IMG/VR virus record: IMGVR_UViG_3300043015_002491
Span: 1 to 64,000 of that record
Strand: one strand, 5' to 3'
DNA length: 64,000 bases
Source of the DNA: a virus
Position 1 is the first letter of the stretch; the number at the start of each line of letters is the position of its first letter. Below, in pieces: positions 58,734 through 64,000 of this stretch. The position numbers and the translations under genes were made by a program. The notes under the pieces are model-generated. The model saw only the letters and a list, made by a program, of their open reading frames with translations. It did no database searches and was not told the DNA's origin.

Positions 58734-58903
58734 CGGAATGCGGGAGCGTTTACTTCAGAGCTCTGTAATGAAGGTTGTTTTTTATAGTACACATCCTAAG
58801 TTTTTTAGTGTACCAAATAGGTGCTAACAACTTTAAAAACACCACCTTTCAACTGTACTTAATATAAATCTAATTTGTTAAAAAGTTTGCAGTATGCATT
58901 CCT
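58734..58903 (-). ncRNA. CAGCAA-family RNA variant (ACTGCAA) directly downstream of the DUF2828 gene
   Basis: GGAATGC-ATACTGCAA...GCATTCCG; begins a few nt after the stop codon. Confidence 0.6.
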
Positions 58904-58909
58904 TATATT

Positions 58910-60361
58910 TTAAACACGAATTGCTTCGTATCTTTCTGAACTAATAATATTCATCATCATTCCGTAAGGAGTGATATCATTACCAGCTAATAAGCTTGTT
59001 AATAACGCTGGGCTGAAACCAGACACCAACGCAGTACCTTGCTTATCGAATTGTACTGGGTTATTGTCATTTCTTGATTGAATGTTCCAGTATACAACCT
59101 TTGGCATTGTGTACCCAGCATCTGCATACATGTTTTCAATCATTCTTTGAGCAGTTGGATTCCAATCAGAATCACCTCTCCAACCATCGCCAGTAGCTTG
59201 GTTGAATTCCATATCCGAAAGGATAAGAATCATAGTTGGCATTTCTGACTCAGCAACATTACTAGCTTTTGCTTTTTGAAGCAATACCTTGAATGTCTTT
59301 TCTAAGTCTGTACTACCACCCCATTCTGCTCTAGATAGTTGGTTGAATCTGTCTCTTAAATCACCCTTTAAGTATTGTAACTTTGGGTTAGAGTGGAAAG
59401 TGAAGAATGCATCCTTGAATGGTCCTTCATTTCTCTCAGAGATATATAAACCTAATGAGATAGCTACATCCATACAGCTGATATTTGCGTTACCGCCAGC
59501 TGACACACCCATTGAGCCAGAAACGTCTACCACTGGTAAAACTCTTTCTTTATTACCTTCCATGTAGTTAGGTAAAGCTTTCCATTGTTCAACAGCACCA
59601 TCAGCTGAACCATATTTCAAGTTCTTAGTAATGTCGTATGGATATACAGCACCAGCATTAATCTTAGTTTCACCCTTTGAAAGTGAATCCAAATATGCTT
59701 GGAATCTGCTACCATCATTCTTAGAGAATGCCTTCATGTAATCAGACATTGCCTTAGATGGTACGTGTTCGTATGTAATCGCACCGAATTCTCTAGCACA
59801 CATTAATTGCTCAACAGTGTTAGATAACTCAGAAAGCATCTTTCTATACGCCTTTGGTGTTAACCCTAAGTGTTTTCTTAAGGTACTAGCCCATCTCTTC
59901 TTTTCCCTATTCTTAGTGTTACCTCTTGGCATCCACTTAGCCGCAAGTCCATTACCATCTTTTAACGCTTTTTCAATTTCGTTAAGAGCTTCTTTCTCTA
60001 ATTTAGTACCAACTAATATTAAATAGTCATCATACCTACCGTACTCAGCAATAAGTCCTATGTTCTTCTTAAGTGCTGAAGTTTTAGTATTAGCAAGATA
60101 AGTTAAAATATCTCTGAAAGTACCTCTTTCACCAGCTCCACCTCTAACGTCTCTAGCCCAGAATAAAATCTTCATAGCTGTTAACGAATCTTCAGCGAAA
60201 GCTTTAGAAAATGCATTAATCTTTCTTTGTTTATCTTGCCCTCTTAAAGCACCAATTTGGAAAAATAGGTCTACACAAGAATTAAGTGTAGTTGAATTTG
60301 TTGTCATACCATTTTCAGTAACAGTATCTTCAGTTCTTAAAGCGTCAATTAAATTTGCCAT
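58910..60361 (-). CDS. DUF2828 family protein with C-terminal vWA domain (TROVE/Ro60-like architecture)
   Basis: TENG, DLFF, FWARDVRGGAGER and AAKWMPR; MIDAS DVSGSM, ILSDMEF, YWN and SGFSP. Confidence 0.85.
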   Translation of the reverse strand: MANLIDALRTEDTVTENGMTTNSTTLNSCVDLFFQIGALRGQDKQRKINAFSKAFAEDSLTAMKILFWARDVRGGAGERGTFRDILTYLANTKTSALKKNIGLIAEYGRYDDYLILVGTKLEKEALNEIEKALKDGNGLAAKWMPRGNTKNREKKRWASTLRKHLGLTPKAYRKMLSELSNTVEQLMCAREFGAITYEHVPSKAMSDYMKAFSKNDGSRFQAYLDSLSKGETKINAGAVYPYDITKNLKYGSADGAVEQWKALPNYMEGNKERVLPVVDVSGSMGVSAGGNANISCMDVAISLGLYISERNEGPFKDAFFTFHSNPKLQYLKGDLRDRFNQLSRAEWGGSTDLEKTFKVLLQKAKASNVAESEMPTMILILSDMEFNQATGDGWRGDSDWNPTAQRMIENMYADAGYTMPKVVYWNIQSRNDNNPVQFDKQGTALVSGFSPALLTSLLAGNDITPYGMMMNIISSERYEAIRV

Positions 60362-60636
60362 AGTGTTAAAAATTTGAATTGTTAATTAATTTTAGTGTTC
60401 ACAAATATATAACCTTTTTTTCCTTTTGTCAACTTTTTTTTTAAAATTATTTTAATAAATTTTGTAATTTTACCTGTAACTCATTGAGTTTCTTTTGGTT
60501 ATTCTCAATAATTTTTTGTTCATTATCTGGCATAGTTATGGGGTATTGTGATTTAAGTCTAGAAATCTCCCTTTGAAGTCTATCACCTTCTCTAATGTAA
60601 TTGTCGTAAGCTTGCGCTTTTTCTTCTTGTGTCATA

Positions 60637-61149
60637 TTAATTTATTTTAGTGAACCAAGCCCTAATAGTTGACGTTGTGTTTTGTATATTAGTGAACTCA
60701 GCGTTATTTATTTGTCCGTCATCAACGAAGTAGTATCCGACATTGGCACTGTAGTGACTTCCACCAAATGGCATGAAGTATTTAAGCGTTAATTCATAAT
60801 TTGTTGATGATGGTAGTAATGATAGCGTGTATGGTCTTTGTGCGTTTTGATTTAATACATAATCATCACCAGTTGTAAATTCTATAGTATCGTTTGGATA
60901 TTCTGTAGCAAATGCTGATACCACTTTTGTTAATACCCATCTTGTACCAACTAGTGGGTTTGTTTGGTTACCAGTACCTGGAAGTGTACCACCATGAGTG
61001 TATGTATTTTGCCAATTAGTTGTGTCAACTTCTTCTGGCACTTCTTCTAACGCAATAAATTCTTCTTTTTTACAAGAAGAAAATAAAAGTGCTATTATAA
61101 CTAATATAAATGTAAATATTAAAATTGTCTTTTTTGTTTCTAATTTCAT
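60637..61149 (-). CDS. putative lipoprotein
   Basis: signal peptide with LFSSC lipobox. Confidence 0.65.
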   Translation of the reverse strand: MKLETKKTILIFTFILVIIALLFSSCKKEEFIALEEVPEEVDTTNWQNTYTHGGTLPGTGNQTNPLVGTRWVLTKVVSAFATEYPNDTIEFTTGDDYVLNQNAQRPYTLSLLPSSTNYELTLKYFMPFGGSHYSANVGYYFVDDGQINNAEFTNIQNTTSTIRAWFTKIN

Positions 61150-61737
61150 GTCCTTTAATTAATGGTTCTCTACAAATGTAAGAAAGATATTTTAATTATC
61201 CAAATCTTTTTTAACAAATCTTACAATAATACCACCAATTTCTAATTCAATGACATCCTTATGTTGAAACTCTGTACTTTCTGGATTAGCTTTATAGAAT
61301 AAATGTTCATCCATCTTCTTATGGTCTGTTTCACTCATTTCATATAATAAAACTAACCCTTCTTTATTAATCTCATCGTTATTAATTACTTCTGAAACCG
61401 TTTTTATAATATCATCATATTTCATATTAAAACCTTGTAAAAATATTCTTTAAAAATGTACCTAATTTTTGATACCACTTTTTCTTTATTATAATTATAC
61501 CGTTTGGGTTTGATTTAACTTTTTCACCTAAACCACTTTTAATTTCATTAATAAACCTGTTTTTCTTCCTTTCAACATCTTCTTTAATAGCTTTAATATC
61601 ATTATTAATGGAATCAATCGTTTCTACTTTTTCTAAACTTTCTTCCTTTTCTAGACCACTAATAAAAGTTTTATTATGTTCTTTAAATTTTGAAAGGACT
61701 GCTTCTAACGGTATCTTACCCTCTAATTTTGGTTTAC

Positions 61738-62172
61738 TCATATTCTATTTATTTTACCCTTTAACCCTGGAAACAGTGGTTCTGGTAATTCATTTTTATC
61801 AAACCAACCCCAATCCAGATTCTCATGGTCTAATGTAGGTATAAATTCGCTATTTGTCAAGCCTTCGTAATAATGAAACTCTAAATTTTTACTCTTATGG
61901 TAGATTTTATCTATAAATTTATAAGAAATAATATTTGGGTTTATCTGCATTTCTTCATTAACTTCTCTTTTAAGCCCTTCTAATACATCTTCACCGTCTT
62001 CAATACCACCACTAACTAATGACCATGTATTAGGTTCATCACCAAAGTCATTTCTAAGTAATAATAGGATTCTACCAGTCGAGTTACACTTAACCAATAC
62101 TCCAGCCGCAGTTCTTTTGTTTTCGTTTTCCATTAACATATATCTAACTTTATTTTTAATTAAATCTTTCAT
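61738..62172 (-). CDS. Nudix hydrolase
   Basis: GGIEDGEDVLEGLKREVNEE. Confidence 0.9.
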   Translation of the reverse strand: MKDLIKNKVRYMLMENENKRTAAGVLVKCNSTGRILLLLRNDFGDEPNTWSLVSGGIEDGEDVLEGLKREVNEEMQINPNIISYKFIDKIYHKSKNLEFHYYEGLTNSEFIPTLDHENLDWGWFDKNELPEPLFPGLKGKINRI

Positions 62173-62231
62173 ATTATATAAATATTGACTTATTGGATGA
62201 TAAACGTTATCTTTAAAGAAAAATTAAAGTT

Positions 62232-62558
62232 ATGGTAAATTTATTTATTTTCGTATTAGTTGCTTATGGGATTAGTAACATTTTAATCTATGGTTCAATC
62301 TTTGAAGGTTGGAGAACCTTACTATCTAAATTAGGGACTGGCGATAAGAGTCTTTATAAACTATTCACTTGCATGATGTGTTTACCTACTTGGGTAGGGT
62401 TTGGTTTATCTTATTTGTTACAATCACAAGGGATTGATACACCTATGACCACTTATGGTATTGAGAATTTATACTTATCTATATTTTTAGATGGTGTATT
62501 AAGTAGTGGAGCTGTTTATGCGTTTAACGTATTAGTTGAATACTTTGAGGGTGAATAA
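62232..62558 (+). CDS. membrane protein with CxxC (DUF1360-like)
   Basis: LFTCMMCLPTWVG. Confidence 0.55.
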   Translation: MVNLFIFVLVAYGISNILIYGSIFEGWRTLLSKLGTGDKSLYKLFTCMMCLPTWVGFGLSYLLQSQGIDTPMTTYGIENLYLSIFLDGVLSSGAVYAFNVLVEYFEGE

Positions 62559-62587
62559 TAAAAAAGCCCCAATTAAGGGGCTCTTTA

Positions 62588-63232
62588 TTAATAACTTCCA
62601 ATTTTTTCTTCTTCACATACTGGACAAACTTCATCTGGTCCAGAACAATTACATGTTATATTTGGTACATCGAATTCTTCTAATTCAACCTTACCATTCT
62701 TAGGTGGTAATTCAATATCTTGACCTTTAACATTAGTGATTTTAATTTCACCATTTACCTTTTCAGTTGTTTTTTTAACTTCTTCTGGGTTAGCTGGTGG
62801 TGGTGGTAGTGTTTCTTCCACATTAACATCATCTTCTAACTCAAAGTTATCCATATCACCTAACGATGGCATAACACCTGGTTTATTAAAAGTAAATTTA
62901 AGTTCTTGTAATTCGTGTAAAGTTTTTTCTTTAAATAATTTTTTAAGTTCTTCTACCTTTTGTTTAAGTAATTCATATTTCTTTTCTCTTTCAATATTAA
63001 CGCTAATAACACCTTCAACATAATCTAATAAGTCGTCAATTGTTACACCTTCCTTTTCAGTGAAGAACATATAGTAATTTTGAGATTCATCAACTAACTC
63101 TTTTTTAATCACATCACTATTTGGTACCGTCCACCCTTCTTTAAAGACAGCATCAACAATTTGCATACCTTGGATGTATCTAATACCAACAATGTGGGGT
63201 TGTAATGAATCTAATCTTTCTTGTATTGACAT
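62588..63232 (-). CDS. hypothetical protein
   Basis: 214 aa; C-terminal CxC..CxxC. Confidence 0.6.
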   Translation of the reverse strand: MSIQERLDSLQPHIVGIRYIQGMQIVDAVFKEGWTVPNSDVIKKELVDESQNYYMFFTEKEGVTIDDLLDYVEGVISVNIEREKKYELLKQKVEELKKLFKEKTLHELQELKFTFNKPGVMPSLGDMDNFELEDDVNVEETLPPPPANPEEVKKTTEKVNGEIKITNVKGQDIELPPKNGKVELEEFDVPNITCNCSGPDEVCPVCEEEKIGSY

Positions 63233-63470
63233 AAAACAATTTTATTTTTAAATATAAATACCAGTTACGATACTCATTAAGATATATGCTATAGACATGC
63301 TCAATACCCATAACGAAGTATTTTTAACTAAATACTTCTTAGGATTTTCAGTACTTGATTTCACCCAAGCTTGAGTAAAGTAGTACCCATGTCTAATAAC
63401 GTTTAAACATGACATAAATAACAAAATAAGTAAAATTTTATTGAGCATATCTATTAACATAATTTTTTAT

Positions 63471-63644
63471 TTAAGCTTTTTTCTTATCAGAAATTTCAAG
63501 TCTAAGCTCTTGAGCTACTTTTTTAATTTCTTGTAACCCTTGTCTAACTCTAGTTCCAGCAGCTTTATTGCTCTTACTATAGAATTTTTCTACATCTTCG
63601 TTAAGTCCTTCTACTAAAGCTTTTAAATTTTCAAATTTTTCCAT
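63471..63644 (-). CDS. histone H1-like (Hc1 family) protein
   Basis: 57 aa; KFYSKSNKAAGTRVRQGLQEIKKVAQELR; below the ORF track cutoff. Confidence 0.8.
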   Translation of the reverse strand: MEKFENLKALVEGLNEDVEKFYSKSNKAAGTRVRQGLQEIKKVAQELRLEISDKKKA

Positions 63645-64000
63645 TTTAATTTAATTTTTAATTATTATTATTGTTATTATTATTTGCGCTAGGTGCGTTA
63701 GCACTTGGCGCTGTATATGAATTCCATTTGGAAATCATAGTTTCAATTTTAACTATTTCAGCCAGTGATTCTTTAATTTCATCAACTAAATACTCAATAT
63801 TACTTTCACTACTATTGATAAGTCTTTGGAGTTTCTCTTCAGCCTTTAATTTATCACTAGCTAACTCAGCTAATATAATTTCAATCATTCTCATGTGGTA
63901 AATATAAGGTATTAAAAATATTAATCAACCCTTAAACACGTTTTTTTACCCTTTTTTAAGGGATTCGTCTAAAATTTTGTAGATTTCTATGAAGTTATCC

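Noticed and set aside
15135-58903. CAGCAA elements as CRISPR repeats or terminators
   Set aside because: They are dispersed and non-identical, with no regular spacers, no cas genes and no U-tract on the transcribed strand.

Overview
AT-rich, almost entirely minus-strand segment of a large (jumbo-type) phage genome. Its promoters (TTG...TAnnTTTG) point to a Bacteroidota host. The window is an accessory region for translation support and counter-defence. It carries about 35 tRNA or tRNA-like genes in four operons, a tmRNA, tRNA repair and maturation enzymes (Rnl1, Rnl2, Pnk-CPDase, Thg1-like, CCA-adding, Pth2-like), NAD salvage (NadV, NadM-Nudix), Sir2, an Acb1-like 2H phosphoesterase, ClpP, DnaJ, an FKBP and a DUF2828 vWA protein. 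Two systems not visible in the ORF track stand out. (1) Each of the four tRNA operons is preceded by the same architecture: promoter, 26-35 aa leader peptide, antiterminator and intrinsic terminator. The run of control codons in each leader matches the amino acids of the tRNAs downstream (T/Y/Q/P/K/G; F/D/A/E; L/V/C; M/N/I/H/R/S/W), and together the four cover all 20 amino acids. This looks like ribosome-mediated attenuation that turns on phage tRNA supply only when the matching tRNAs are depleted. (2) Ten dispersed small RNAs share a terminal stem and a WCAGCAA-type motif. Most display an anticodon stem-loop or a circularly permuted tRNA module, and one sits directly behind the DUF2828 gene, suggesting a Ro60/Y-RNA-like RNP or anticodon decoys. 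All calls come from manual reading; no searches were run.
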